A DNA stretch of 64,000 nucleotides, taken from positions 152,984-216,983 of the forward strand of contig NZ_CP047901.1 in assembly GCF_009936135.1 (NCBI RefSeq). Direction: 5' to 3'. Positions 20,724-29,084 of the stretch are shown here, piece by piece. How positions within the stretch are numbered: the first letter of the stretch is position 1; every line of letters starts with the position of its first letter. The stretch comes from Candidatus Chazhemtobacterium aquaticus (lineage in GTDB: Bacteria; Patescibacteriota; Microgenomatia; UBA1400; Chazhemtobacteraceae). A program made the translations under genes and the position numbers. Below the pieces are notes generated by a model. The model was not told the origin of the DNA. It saw nothing but the letters and a program-made list of their open reading frames with translations, and searched no databases.

Positions 20724-20798
20724 TGGCTCCCCGGGCTGGATTCGAACCAGCGACCTTGAAGTTAACAGCTTCCTGCTCTACCGCTGAGCTACCGGGGA
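20724..20798 (-). tRNA. tRNA-Asn (anticodon GTT)
   Basis: Folded by hand on the minus strand: acceptor TCCCCGG/CCGGGGA, D-arm GCTC-AGCGGTA-GAGC, anticodon loop CT-GTT-AA, T-arm GCTGG-TTCGAAT-CCAGC, discriminator G, CCA encoded. Confidence 0.8.
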
Positions 20799-20865
20799 AT
20801 AAAAGAACTCTCTCATTCTACCGTAAAACTAATAAAACCTCTACCTCTCCAGCCTCAAAAAAACT

Positions 20866-21084
20866 TTATTTCTTCCCCTTTTTCTCAAAAAACAGCATAT
20901 AAACCACCGGCAATATCCCCACGCTATTTATCACCAACATTGCCACAAACCAGCCTTGCTGTCCTTTTCTAGCCGCTCTCCACATTCCCATGCCTCGTAA
21001 AATCACATCAGCCACGATTATCAACATCAACACCGTCCACCACCCACCCATTGCCGCCTCCATTATCTCCCAGTTACCTCTCAT
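20866..21084 (-). CDS. small two-TM membrane protein
   Basis: 72 aa, ...WRAARKGQQGWFVAMLVINSVGILPVVYMLFF... Confidence 0.35.
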   Translation of the reverse strand: MRGNWEIMEAAMGGWWTVLMLIIVADVILRGMGMWRAARKGQQGWFVAMLVINSVGILPVVYMLFFEKKGKK

Positions 21085-21413
21085 CTAATCCTTGATAGCA
21101 CCATATTAACCAAAGACAACATCACCGCTGCCAGTAACGCCACCCAGAAACTCACAATCTCAAATCCTGGTACCAATCTAGCCGTCAACATAAGTAGCAA
21201 CGCATTAATCACAAAGGTAAACAATCCCAGTGTTGCGATATTCACCGGCAACGTTAGTAATACCAGTAATGGCCTCACCAGCATCGCCATTATCCCCCAC
21301 ACTACCGCCACTACTAACAAAGCCTCCCATCCTGCAATCTCCACCCCAGGAATCAGATAAGCTACTACATAAAAAGCAATCGCATTCACTACTAAGTTTA
21401 CTAACATACCCAC
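21081..21413 (-). CDS. YvlD / phage-holin-4_2-family membrane protein
   Basis: 110 aa; MGMLVNLVVNAIAFYVVAYLIPGVEIAGWEALLVVAVVWGIMAMLVRPLLVLLTLPVNIATLGLFTFVINALLLMLTARLVPGFEI... matches the PF04020-type pattern. Confidence 0.5.
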   Translation of the reverse strand: MGMLVNLVVNAIAFYVVAYLIPGVEIAGWEALLVVAVVWGIMAMLVRPLLVLLTLPVNIATLGLFTFVINALLLMLTARLVPGFEIVSFWVALLAAVMLSLVNMVLSRIR

Positions 21414-21470
21414 ATCCTATCATTTCTTTCTCCCCTTGCAAACTTTTTTTAGGGCCATATAATCACCCCT

Positions 21471-22163
21471 GTGGCAGTTCCAAAAGAAAAACGAAACCAC
21501 GTAGAAAACCTTCGCGGAAAAGACGGCAAACTCCGCGTCATCGACGCCTCCATGTACTCCGGCAAAACCGAACGCCTCATCACCATGGCCAAACGATTTG
21601 AACGCTCCGGCATCCCCACCCAAGCCTTCAAGCACCCCATTGATAATCGTTACAACGGCCCCACTACCCTAAACTCCCACTCTGGTCTCTCCCATCCTTG
21701 CGAAGCCTATGCCCACCCTTTTGAGGTCTACCAACACATTAAGCCGGAAACTCTAGTCGTTCTCTGGGACGAAGCCCAGTTCTACACTGATCCCGACGAT
21801 CCTCATAAAGCCCACCAACTTCACCAAGCCATGATTCTCACTGTCGAACAACTGGTTCATGAAGGTCGCCTAGTTGTCATCGCCGGTCTCGGCCTTGACT
21901 TTAAAGGTGAGGGTTTTGGTCCCATGCCCGAACTCCTAGCCCATGCCAGCCAAGTCGAAAAGTTAACTGCCGTTTGTGCTCACTGTGGCTCACTCGATGC
22001 CGATCGCACCCAACGCCTCATTGATGGCCAGCCCGCTCCCTACAACAGCCCTCTCATTGTTGTTGGTGCCCAGGAAAACTACGAAGCCCGATGCCGTGAC
22101 TGCCATGATGTTCCAGGCGCTCCCAGCTTCCATGATCTCCTCGCTTCCTTTTTGGAAGAATAA
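21471..22163 (+). CDS. tdk: thymidine kinase
   Basis: P-loop ...SMYSGKTERL, WDEAQFYTD, VIAGLGLDFKGEGF, and C-terminal CAHCG...RCRDCH zinc-ribbon typical of Tdk. Confidence 0.8.
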   Translation: MAVPKEKRNHVENLRGKDGKLRVIDASMYSGKTERLITMAKRFERSGIPTQAFKHPIDNRYNGPTTLNSHSGLSHPCEAYAHPFEVYQHIKPETLVVLWDEAQFYTDPDDPHKAHQLHQAMILTVEQLVHEGRLVVIAGLGLDFKGEGFGPMPELLAHASQVEKLTAVCAHCGSLDADRTQRLIDGQPAPYNSPLIVVGAQENYEARCRDCHDVPGAPSFHDLLASFLEE

Positions 22164-22166
22164 CTC

Positions 22167-23276
22167 CTAAAGATAATCCTGCAGTTTTTTCTTTGATGAT
22201 GGATGGCGCAGTTTTCTTAATGCCTTAGCTTCAATCTGTCTAATCCGCTCTCTGGTCACTCCAAACTCTCTCCCCACCTCTTCTAAAGTCATTGGCTTCT
22301 CACCATGCAATCCAAATCGCATCTCTAACACCTTCTTCTCCCGATCAGACAACGAGTCCATCACTTCCTGTACATTTTCCTTAAGTAATCTCTGAGAAGT
22401 CTGGTCATAAGGTGAAGCCTGTGTCTCATCAGGAATAAAATCACCCAATAGCGAATCCTCTTCATCTCCAATCGGTGTCTCTAGTGAGGTTGTCTTCTGA
22501 GCAATCTTAAAAATCTCCCTAACTCTATCAGGATCTATCTCCAGCACACTTCCTACCTCTTCCGGAGTTGGCTCTCTGCCCAGTTCTTGCATCAACTGCC
22601 TCTGTGTCTTCATTAGCTTGTTGATTGTCTCCACCATGTGAACCGGAATTCGAATCGTCCTTGCCTGATCTGCAATCGCTCTAGTGATCGCCTGTCTAAT
22701 CCACCAAGTTGCATAGGTTGAAAACTTAAAACCCTTGGTCCAGTCATACTTCTCTACCGCTCGAATTAGTCCCTTGTTTCCCTCCTGGATTAAGTCCAAG
22801 AAGCTCATTCCTCTGCCGATATACTTCTTTGCAATCGACACCACCAATCTCAAGTTACTCGAGGTCAACTTCTCCTTTGCCTTTACATCTCCCTTATCCA
22901 CTCTCTGCGCTAAAGAAATCTCCTCCTCTCGAGCCAACAAAGGAATCCGACCAATCTCTTTTAAATACATTCTTACCGGATCCTTAATCGCCTTATCATC
23001 CAAAGCCGTTAATGCCTCAAGTTCCTTTTCTAGTTCCTCACTTACCTCGCTTACCTCAACCTCTTCACCTTCCTCCACCGTCTCAAATACATCAATCTCC
23101 TCCTTCAATAACTGATCATATAGCTTGTCAACCTCATCAATATGCTCCTCAGCCTCAGGAAATAGGCGCAAAATATCCTCTTGAGTCACAAACCCCTGTT
23201 CGCGGCCCTGTTCCAGCAATCCTTCCCAACTGATGGTTTGCTTTGGGATCGTTATCTTATTCTTCTTAGTAGCCAT
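22167..23276 (-). CDS. rpoD: RNA polymerase sigma-70 factor RpoD
   Basis: Regions 2-4 present: [37 protein letters not shown]..., [15 protein letters not shown]..., [30 protein letters not shown]. Confidence 0.9.
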   Translation of the reverse strand: MATKKNKITIPKQTISWEGLLEQGREQGFVTQEDILRLFPEAEEHIDEVDKLYDQLLKEEIDVFETVEEGEEVEVSEVSEELEKELEALTALDDKAIKDPVRMYLKEIGRIPLLAREEEISLAQRVDKGDVKAKEKLTSSNLRLVVSIAKKYIGRGMSFLDLIQEGNKGLIRAVEKYDWTKGFKFSTYATWWIRQAITRAIADQARTIRIPVHMVETINKLMKTQRQLMQELGREPTPEEVGSVLEIDPDRVREIFKIAQKTTSLETPIGDEEDSLLGDFIPDETQASPYDQTSQRLLKENVQEVMDSLSDREKKVLEMRFGLHGEKPMTLEEVGREFGVTRERIRQIEAKALRKLRHPSSKKKLQDYL

Positions 23277-23359
23277 CCTTTATACAACTGAAAAAATCCA
23301 CCCCTTTCTTTGGGTGGTTCATCAAACTGCGCCTAATATATCATTGCTTCTCATCTTTT

Positions 23360-25096
23360 TCAAACTTTAGCTATTTTTTTGCTCAATCTCACCACTTTAT
23401 CCCGAAGCTTAGCCACTCTCTCATCGTCTCCATTTTCCTCTGCTTCAACCAGCTCTTTCCTTAAGCTCTCCATCACCTCTCTCCACCTTTTTTTTCTCCA
23501 CTGTTCTACCACTTCACGTAAATCTCTCTCTGCCCTCTCTTCATCAACCTCCTGAATATACGCCTCCTCTGCCAAACCTCGTAGCTCAGCCGGCAGTGAT
23601 TTAATAAACTCAACCACTTCTTTCTTGCTTCCAAACCATTCCTTAACCACTCTTTGTAAACTATCCTCCATTAAATCCACTACTTCTTCTAATACCCCCT
23701 CACCTTTCTCTTTATCTAACCGCAACAACAAAGCCAATATCTGTCTCTCCATTCCACTACCCCTATCCTTCACCTCGCTCACATCCTCACTCATATTTTC
23801 TCCTCGCACCACACTCATCCTCCCTACTCTGGACATCTCACTTAAAACCACCTCCGTCTCCACCTCCAAGACTCTCGCCAACTTCTTTGCATAATGCATT
23901 CTCATGACTTCATTCTCGATTCTTGCCAGCACCGGCACCACCTCCTCACTCATCCTCCGTTTATCTTGTGCTTGAGCACCACCATATCTCTCCACCGCAC
24001 TCTCGATATAGTAGTCATATACATCCACCGCCTGTTCCACCATCTTCCGCCACTCTCCTGGTTTTTCCCTAGCCACGTCATCAGGATCCTTACCCCCACT
24101 TACCTTCACTACCCGCACATACATACCTTCCTTCTCAGCCAACTCAATCGACCTTCTTGTCGCCGTCTGACCAGCACCATCTGCATCCAACGCCAATATC
24201 AAATTCCTCGTCATCCTCCTTATCAGCCTTATCTGCCCCTCTGTTAATGCTGTTCCCTTTACCGCGACTGTTTCTCCCACACCTGCCACAAAACTACTAA
24301 TCATATCCATCTCACCCTCCACTAACACTACTCGATCCTTTTCTCGTATAGCTTGCTTGGCTTGATAAAAACCATACAACATCTCTGACTTGTGATACAC
24401 CTCAGTCTCGGGTGAGTTAATATATTTAGCCCCCGCTTTCTCATCAGCCCCTGGCATTACTCTACCTGCCAATCCCACCACCCTTCCCCTGTGATCAATC
24501 AATGGAAAAACCACCCTGTCCCTAAATCGATCATATGCCTTGTTCTCTCCCGTCTTGACCACCAAACCAGCTTGTTCCAGCAAATCAATCTTGTAACCCT
24601 TCTTACCCACCAAATACTTCACTAAACCATCCCACGTGGGCAATGCATATCCCAATCTAAAACTCTCTATCACCTTCTCGTTTAATCCTCTTCCCGACAA
24701 ATACTTTCTCGCTTCTCCTCCCACTTGGTGTTTACTTAACAAAAAATGATAATACTCAGCTGCCGCCTCATTCACAGCCAATAACTGATCTCTTACCCCT
24801 CCCCCTTGCTTACGCTCAAATTTTAAAACCACACCTGCCTTCTCAGCCAACATCTCCAGTGCCTCCCTAAACTCCACCCCTTCCACCTCCTGAATAAAGG
24901 AGATCGCATCGCCACCCTTTCCACACCCAAAGCACTTGTATATCTGCAGCTCCGGATTAACCATGAATGACGGCGTCTTTTCCTGATGAAACGGACACAA
25001 ACCCTTAAAGTTCCTCCCCGCCTGCTTTAGGTTCACATACGACCCCACCAACTCCACGATATCGATTTTTGCCTTAATCTCTTCTATTTGATCCAT
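23360..25096 (-). CDS. dnaG: DNA primase DnaG
   Basis: Zinc-binding CPFHQEKTPSFMVNPELQIYKCFGCGKGGD. TOPRIM region VVLVEGEMDMIS...LALDADGAG. Conserved dnaG-rpoD order. Confidence 0.9.
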   Translation of the reverse strand: MDQIEEIKAKIDIVELVGSYVNLKQAGRNFKGLCPFHQEKTPSFMVNPELQIYKCFGCGKGGDAISFIQEVEGVEFREALEMLAEKAGVVLKFERKQGGGVRDQLLAVNEAAAEYYHFLLSKHQVGGEARKYLSGRGLNEKVIESFRLGYALPTWDGLVKYLVGKKGYKIDLLEQAGLVVKTGENKAYDRFRDRVVFPLIDHRGRVVGLAGRVMPGADEKAGAKYINSPETEVYHKSEMLYGFYQAKQAIREKDRVVLVEGEMDMISSFVAGVGETVAVKGTALTEGQIRLIRRMTRNLILALDADGAGQTATRRSIELAEKEGMYVRVVKVSGGKDPDDVAREKPGEWRKMVEQAVDVYDYYIESAVERYGGAQAQDKRRMSEEVVPVLARIENEVMRMHYAKKLARVLEVETEVVLSEMSRVGRMSVVRGENMSEDVSEVKDRGSGMERQILALLLRLDKEKGEGVLEEVVDLMEDSLQRVVKEWFGSKKEVVEFIKSLPAELRGLAEEAYIQEVDEERAERDLREVVEQWRKKRWREVMESLRKELVEAEENGDDERVAKLRDKVVRLSKKIAKV

Positions 25097-25224
25097 ATCT
25101 TCTCCTCTATTCCGACATAGTATAACCCCTCAACAAATATCTATTCACAATATTTGACTTCACAATATCCATTCAGTCCCAATTCTACTTCATCTAGCCA
25201 TATAAATGGTAAAATTACCTATCT

Positions 25225-25298
25225 GCACCCGTAGCTCAGCTGGATAGAGCACCAGTTTGCGGAACTGGGGGTCGTGCGTTCGAATCGCGCCGGGTGCG
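25225..25298 (+). tRNA. tRNA-Arg (anticodon read as GCG)
   Basis: Hand fold: acceptor GCACCCG/CGGGTGC, D-arm GCTC-AGCTGGATA-GAGC, anticodon stem CCAGT/ACTGG with loop TT-GCG-GA, T-arm GTGCG-TTCGAAT-CGCGC. CCA not encoded. Confidence 0.7.
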
Positions 25299-25313
25299 CA
25301 TCCATATCCATTA

Positions 25314-25403
25314 GGTGGGGTGCAGGAGTGGTTGAACTGGTCGCTCTCGAAAAGCGATGTAGGCGCAAGCTTACCGTGGGTTCGAATCCCACCCCCACCG
25401 CCA
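25314..25403 (+). tRNA. tRNA-Ser (anticodon CGA)
   Basis: Acceptor GGTGGGG/CCCCACC, anticodon stem TCGCT/AGCGA with loop CT-CGA-AA, long variable arm, T-arm GTGGG-TTCGAAT-CCCAC. CCA encoded. Confidence 0.75.
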
Positions 25404-25419
25404 AATTTCATTCCCTCTA

Positions 25420-25491
25420 GCCCTCATAGTTTAATGGATAAAACAACGGTTTCCGGAACCGTAGCTGGAGGTTCGATTCCTCCTGGGGGCA
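25420..25491 (+). tRNA. tRNA-Arg (anticodon CCG)
   Basis: Acceptor GCCCTCA/TGGGGGC, D-arm GTTT-AATGGATA-AAAC, anticodon stem ACGGT/ACCGT with loop TT-CCG-GA, T-arm GGAGG-TTCGATT-CCTCC. Confidence 0.75.
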
Positions 25492-25570
25492 CTTCACCAC
25501 CAAATCAAACATCACCAGATCTCCCTAAATCTACTACTCAATAAAACAAGTCTTGGCCTTGGTATAATAA

Positions 25571-25656
25571 ACAAACTCCGGAGGAGTCAGATAGCGGTCC
25601 ATTCTGCCTGCTTGGAAAGCAGGTGTGCGCAAGCACACGTGGGTTCGAATCCCACC
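25571..25656 (+). tRNA. tRNA-Ser (anticodon GGA)
   Basis: Acceptor GGAGGAG/CTCCTCC, anticodon stem CCTGC/GCAGG with loop TT-GGA-AA, long variable stem-loop GTGTGC-GCAA-GCACAC, T-arm GTGGG-TTCGAAT-CCCAC. Confidence 0.75.
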
Positions 25657-25678
25657 TCCTCCGCCCCGTATAACCTAT

Positions 25679-26203
25679 CTACTCCAACGGAACTTTCTCA
25701 TTAAACCAACTCACCATCTTGTCTATTCTCGTCACAGTAGGCACCTCCCACTCCAGATACTCACTCAACACTCTCTTAACATCGTTTTCATTTACTCCAC
25801 CGCTCTTAGGTAACACCATTACCAACCTTGTCGGCCACCGTCGATATGTCATCACGTGCAATACCTTTCTACCTTCCTGCTCATCAATCCAATAATTGCC
25901 TAGCTCATCCCAAACATATCTTGCCCCTTCAGTCACAATTCCTTTATTCGTAATCTGATGCATCACTATTCTCGGCTCTGCATTAATCAATGCATACCCT
26001 ACAAATAAAATTGCCGCCACCACCAACACTGGCATAATTCCTTCAATGAAAAACAACACAATACCTACTAAGATCGCCAACACCATCATTGTGCTATAAA
26101 AATCCCTCGACTTCTTTATAGCCAACCTCTCCTCAGCTTCCCATCGCAACAACTCTCTCTCCTGACCATAATCCTGCACCACCTCTCCTTTCTTTTTCTC
26201 CAT
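25679..26203 (-). CDS. hypothetical membrane protein (2 TM)
   Basis: 174-aa ORF. Confidence 0.4.
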   Translation of the reverse strand: MEKKKGEVVQDYGQERELLRWEAEERLAIKKSRDFYSTMMVLAILVGIVLFFIEGIMPVLVVAAILFVGYALINAEPRIVMHQITNKGIVTEGARYVWDELGNYWIDEQEGRKVLHVMTYRRWPTRLVMVLPKSGGVNENDVKRVLSEYLEWEVPTVTRIDKMVSWFNEKVPLE

Positions 26204-26266
26204 ACCTTAATCGTATCATTTTTCCTCTTCTCACCAACCACACTAAAATACTTTAAATAATTACTC

Positions 26267-26351
26267 TGCGGAGACGGTGGGATTCGAACCCACGTGTCCC
26301 GTTAAGGACGCGGGTTAGCAACCCGCTGCCATCGGCCTCTAGGCGACGTCT
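26267..26351 (-). tRNA. tRNA-Ser (anticodon GCT)
   Basis: Minus strand: acceptor GGAGACG/CGTCTCC, anticodon stem GCGGG/CCCGC with loop TT-GCT-AA, long variable arm, T-arm GTGGG-TTCGAAT-CCCAC. Confidence 0.75.
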
Positions 26352-26369
26352 CCATGCTTATACATTCTA

Positions 26370-26996
26370 TCATGCCACCAGCCTCAGAACGCCTGAAGCC
26401 CACCTCGAATAAATCCCCATCAACCTGATATTCATCGAATAATCATAGTATCTCAAGCTACACGTTCCATGATAAACGCTCCTATACTTCCCACCAACCT
26501 TCCTCGTCACTTTAGGTCTGTAGAACCGTGACACAGGGATTGACAAAACGCCTGACCAAAACCCAATAACCTCCGACCTGTCGTGAGACTCATGAATCTG
26601 CAACCATACCCTAAATTTAGTCTCATCAAGAACAAACCCTCTTCTCAACAAACCAATAAAAACTTTTTGCATTTGCTCATCACTACTTGTAAACCCGAGG
26701 TGTGTCGTTGATGGATATTTACTTCCTTCACACCAATACAAAATTGCAGCCAAAACTCGAGCCTCGTCATCCCTCAAACTATCAACACTAACTCTATCCA
26801 TTCTGTAAAATCTCATTCTCTTTAAATGATTTTTCCTAACCAAACCATTTCTTTTCACCACCGACCTACCCAAATCGTTACACCAACAACTCACCATCGA
26901 GGGGTGCACTCCCAATTTTGACGCTATGGCCCTGTAACACCAACCCTCATCCCTAAGTTTCCTTGCTAAAACCACCTTAGACTCTCTCCCAACCAT
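26370..26996 (-). CDS. free-standing HTH plus LAGLIDADG-like homing-endonuclease-family protein
   Basis: N-terminal HTH (VLARKLRDEGWCYRAIASKLGVHPSMVSCW) and a single LAGLIDADG-like motif LAAILYWCEGSK. It sits between tRNA-Ser(GCT) and tRNA-Ser(TGA). Confidence 0.45.
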   Translation of the reverse strand: MVGRESKVVLARKLRDEGWCYRAIASKLGVHPSMVSCWCNDLGRSVVKRNGLVRKNHLKRMRFYRMDRVSVDSLRDDEARVLAAILYWCEGSKYPSTTHLGFTSSDEQMQKVFIGLLRRGFVLDETKFRVWLQIHESHDRSEVIGFWSGVLSIPVSRFYRPKVTRKVGGKYRSVYHGTCSLRYYDYSMNIRLMGIYSRWASGVLRLVA

Positions 26997-27037
26997 ACTA
27001 TTACCCTAACAAAACCCAAACACGCAGTCAACTACCT

Positions 27038-27122
27038 GGCGGTGGGGACAGGACTCGAACCTGCAAGCCCTTGCGGGCGCCAGTTTTCAAGACTGGTTCC
27101 TTACCATTCGGAGCACCCCACC
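27038..27122 (-). tRNA. tRNA-Ser (anticodon TGA)
   Basis: Minus strand: acceptor GGTGGGG/CCCCACC, anticodon stem CCAGT/ACTGG with loop CT-TGA-AA, long variable arm, T-loop TTCGAGT. CCA encoded. Confidence 0.75.
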
Positions 27123-27151
27123 AACACCATAATTTTACCATTTTTCAGCCT

Positions 27152-27805
27152 CTAGCCTGCCAAGGCCCATCCACCCACCCATCTTGCACCTCCCTTCTTA
27201 AGCACCTTAGCTACCTCCTTCATAGTTCCTCCTGTTGTCACTACATCATCTACCACCACCAATCTCTTCCCCTTAATCAACTCCATATTTACCAGCTCAA
27301 ATGCTCCCAAAATCTCCCTTTCCCTCTCATTTTTTCCCATCTCTGCCACAGGCCTGGTCGCTTTTTTTCTTTTAACCACTTCCAACACCTTAACACCCCA
27401 ACTCTCTGCCAAAATCTCAGCCAACATCATTGCTTGATTAAAACCTCTCCAGTTCTCTCTTACTCTATGTAGTGGCACCGGCACCACCCCATCCACTCTC
27501 ATAAAAACCTGTCTCCTTCCATACTCTCCCACGCACTCTCTAAGCAACTGGTGTCTAAACCGGTACTTAACTGCCTTAATTACCCTCTGCATCAATCCTT
27601 CATATCTAAAAACTCTAAAAACCGCATCTAGGCCCAACTCTTTACAACACCTCTTGTGAGTCCGACCACCAATCGAACCTTTTCTACACTCAACACAAAC
27701 CTGCCTCGCCTTAACTAACCTCAATCTACACCCCTCACACAACTCCACCCCCTCCTTACCACAACCAGCGCACTTAACTGGAAACAACCACTCCCATCCT
27801 CTCAC
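27152..27805 (-). CDS. comF: ComF-family phosphoribosyltransferase-domain protein
   Basis: N-terminal Cys4 zinc-finger CAGCGKEGVELCEGCR...CVEC, and a C-terminal PRTase motif RLVVVDDVVTTGGTMKE. Confidence 0.65.
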   Translation of the reverse strand: MRGWEWLFPVKCAGCGKEGVELCEGCRLRLVKARQVCVECRKGSIGGRTHKRCCKELGLDAVFRVFRYEGLMQRVIKAVKYRFRHQLLRECVGEYGRRQVFMRVDGVVPVPLHRVRENWRGFNQAMMLAEILAESWGVKVLEVVKRKKATRPVAEMGKNEREREILGAFELVNMELIKGKRLVVVDDVVTTGGTMKEVAKVLKKGGARWVGGWALAG

Positions 27806-27857
27806 TCTTATATCCTAAACCAAAAAAAAGACGCCCCCTAAAGGCGCCTTTCTTTTC

Positions 27858-28247
27858 TTGGTGGAGACGGTGGGAGTCGAACCCACGTCCGCAAACAATC
27901 TTTAATCAGCTTCTACAAGTTTAGTCTGTCTTTACTACTACCCGACAACAGCCGACAAACAGGTTTCATTATCAGGAGATGATTTTTTACTTAAGAAAGA
28001 CTCAATCACCTTCTTTCCTGCAGCTTGAGTATTTTCCACTCCTAGAGTTGCCCCAAGCATCTCCTCTAAGCGTGTCTTAGGCAGCGTAAGCGAAAGCGAA
28101 CGCAGCTTCAGAAGCGGGCTCACCTAAAGGTGAGTCGCTGGCTGAGATGATTTTATCCTCAGTTGTTTTTTTTAAGCCGTTTTACGAGTTGTGCCTAGCT
28201 CGACTTGCCGCTGTCAAAGTTCATCCACGTCAAAATCCTGACGTCCC
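27858..28247 (-). ncRNA. ssrA: tmRNA (ssrA)
   Basis: The minus strand begins GGGGACGTCAGGATTTTGACGTGG... and ends ...GTGGGTTCGACTCCCACCGTCTCCACCA, a tRNA-Ala-like T-arm and acceptor with a G3:U70 pair. The internal tag frame ...GEPASEAAFAFAYAA ends in TAA. smpB lies about 320 bp away. Confidence 0.8.
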
Positions 28248-28311
28248 CAATAGGAAACATTCTATCATCTTTAGCCTCAAAAATCAACTAAATAGCCCGA
28301 TATACCAACTA

Positions 28312-28572
28312 CTAAGCCCTTATCTCTTTAAACCACGTAATTATCTCCGTCAAATCAGTTCCCACAATACCCATGCCCGATGCTTTAATCACCAGCTGCG
28401 CTGTAAACAAATCGAACTCAGCCTCATCCAGATTTTTAAGCACTCCTTTCAAAGACTTCTGCACATCATCCTTTTTTTGGTTTTTTTTCAAAGCTGACCC
28501 CCACTCAAACCCCTCAACACAACTAGGTACCACCTCACTCCAAAATTTATCAGCCAACTTTAACTCACTCAA
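28312..28572 (-). CDS. hypothetical small protein
   Basis: 86-aa ORF overlapping the smpB start by 4 nt. Confidence 0.3.
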   Translation of the reverse strand: MSELKLADKFWSEVVPSCVEGFEWGSALKKNQKKDDVQKSLKGVLKNLDEAEFDLFTAQLVIKASGMGIVGTDLTEIITWFKEIRA

Positions 28573-29033
28573 TTTAGCCTCCTCTTTTTATAAGCTTGCT
28601 CTATTTCTCTCTTCTCACTTCTTTTCCTCAACTCCTCCCTTTTTTCGTACTTCTTCTTCCCCCGAACTAGAGCCAGCTCCACTTTTATTAAACCACGACT
28701 ATTATAGCACTTTAGAGGCACTACCGTCAAACCTTTTTGCCTCATTTTACCCGCCATCTCGTGCACCTCATCCCGCCTCAAAAGCAGCTTTCTTCGCCTC
28801 ACTGGGTCATACTCCTCATCACCTGAATACTCATACGGACTTATCTGCATTCCAACCACCCAAACCTCCTCTTTTCCACCATCATCCAACACCACTACCC
28901 GCGAACCACTCATCGATAACGCCCCCTTCTTCGCACTCTTAACCTCAGCACCCGTCAGCACTATTCCAGCCTGCCACTTATCTAGCACCTCATAATCACT
29001 CAAGGCCTTCTTATTTACCGCTTTCATGACCAT
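28569..29033 (-). CDS. smpB: SsrA-binding protein SmpB
   Basis: LSDYEVLDKWQAGIVLTGAEVKS...ISPYE...YDPVRRRKLLL...KGLTVVPLKCY...KVELALVRGKKKYEKRE matches the SmpB family. Confidence 0.85.
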   Translation of the reverse strand: MVMKAVNKKALSDYEVLDKWQAGIVLTGAEVKSAKKGALSMSGSRVVVLDDGGKEEVWVVGMQISPYEYSGDEEYDPVRRRKLLLRRDEVHEMAGKMRQKGLTVVPLKCYNSRGLIKVELALVRGKKKYEKREELRKRSEKREIEQAYKKRRLN

Positions 29034-29084
29034 ATTCTAACTCAAGTCCACACAAAAACCCTCGTTTACTCACAAAATCAACCT

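Noticed and set aside
20675-20902. 75-aa + strand ORF
   Set aside because: It spans the antisense of tRNA-Asn and the following spacer, has no support as a gene, and ends in a poly-F translation of the T-rich spacer.
25190-25813. ORF-track entries 25190..25411(-), 25219..25404(-), 25257..25544(+) and 25625..25813(+)
   Set aside because: They overlap four hand-folded tRNA genes (Arg, Ser, Arg, Ser). The translations are low-complexity, and the stretch is better explained as a tRNA cluster.
27938-28123. 61-aa ORF on the minus strand
   Set aside because: It lies entirely inside the tmRNA (ssrA) gene defined by its tRNA-like 5' and 3' ends.
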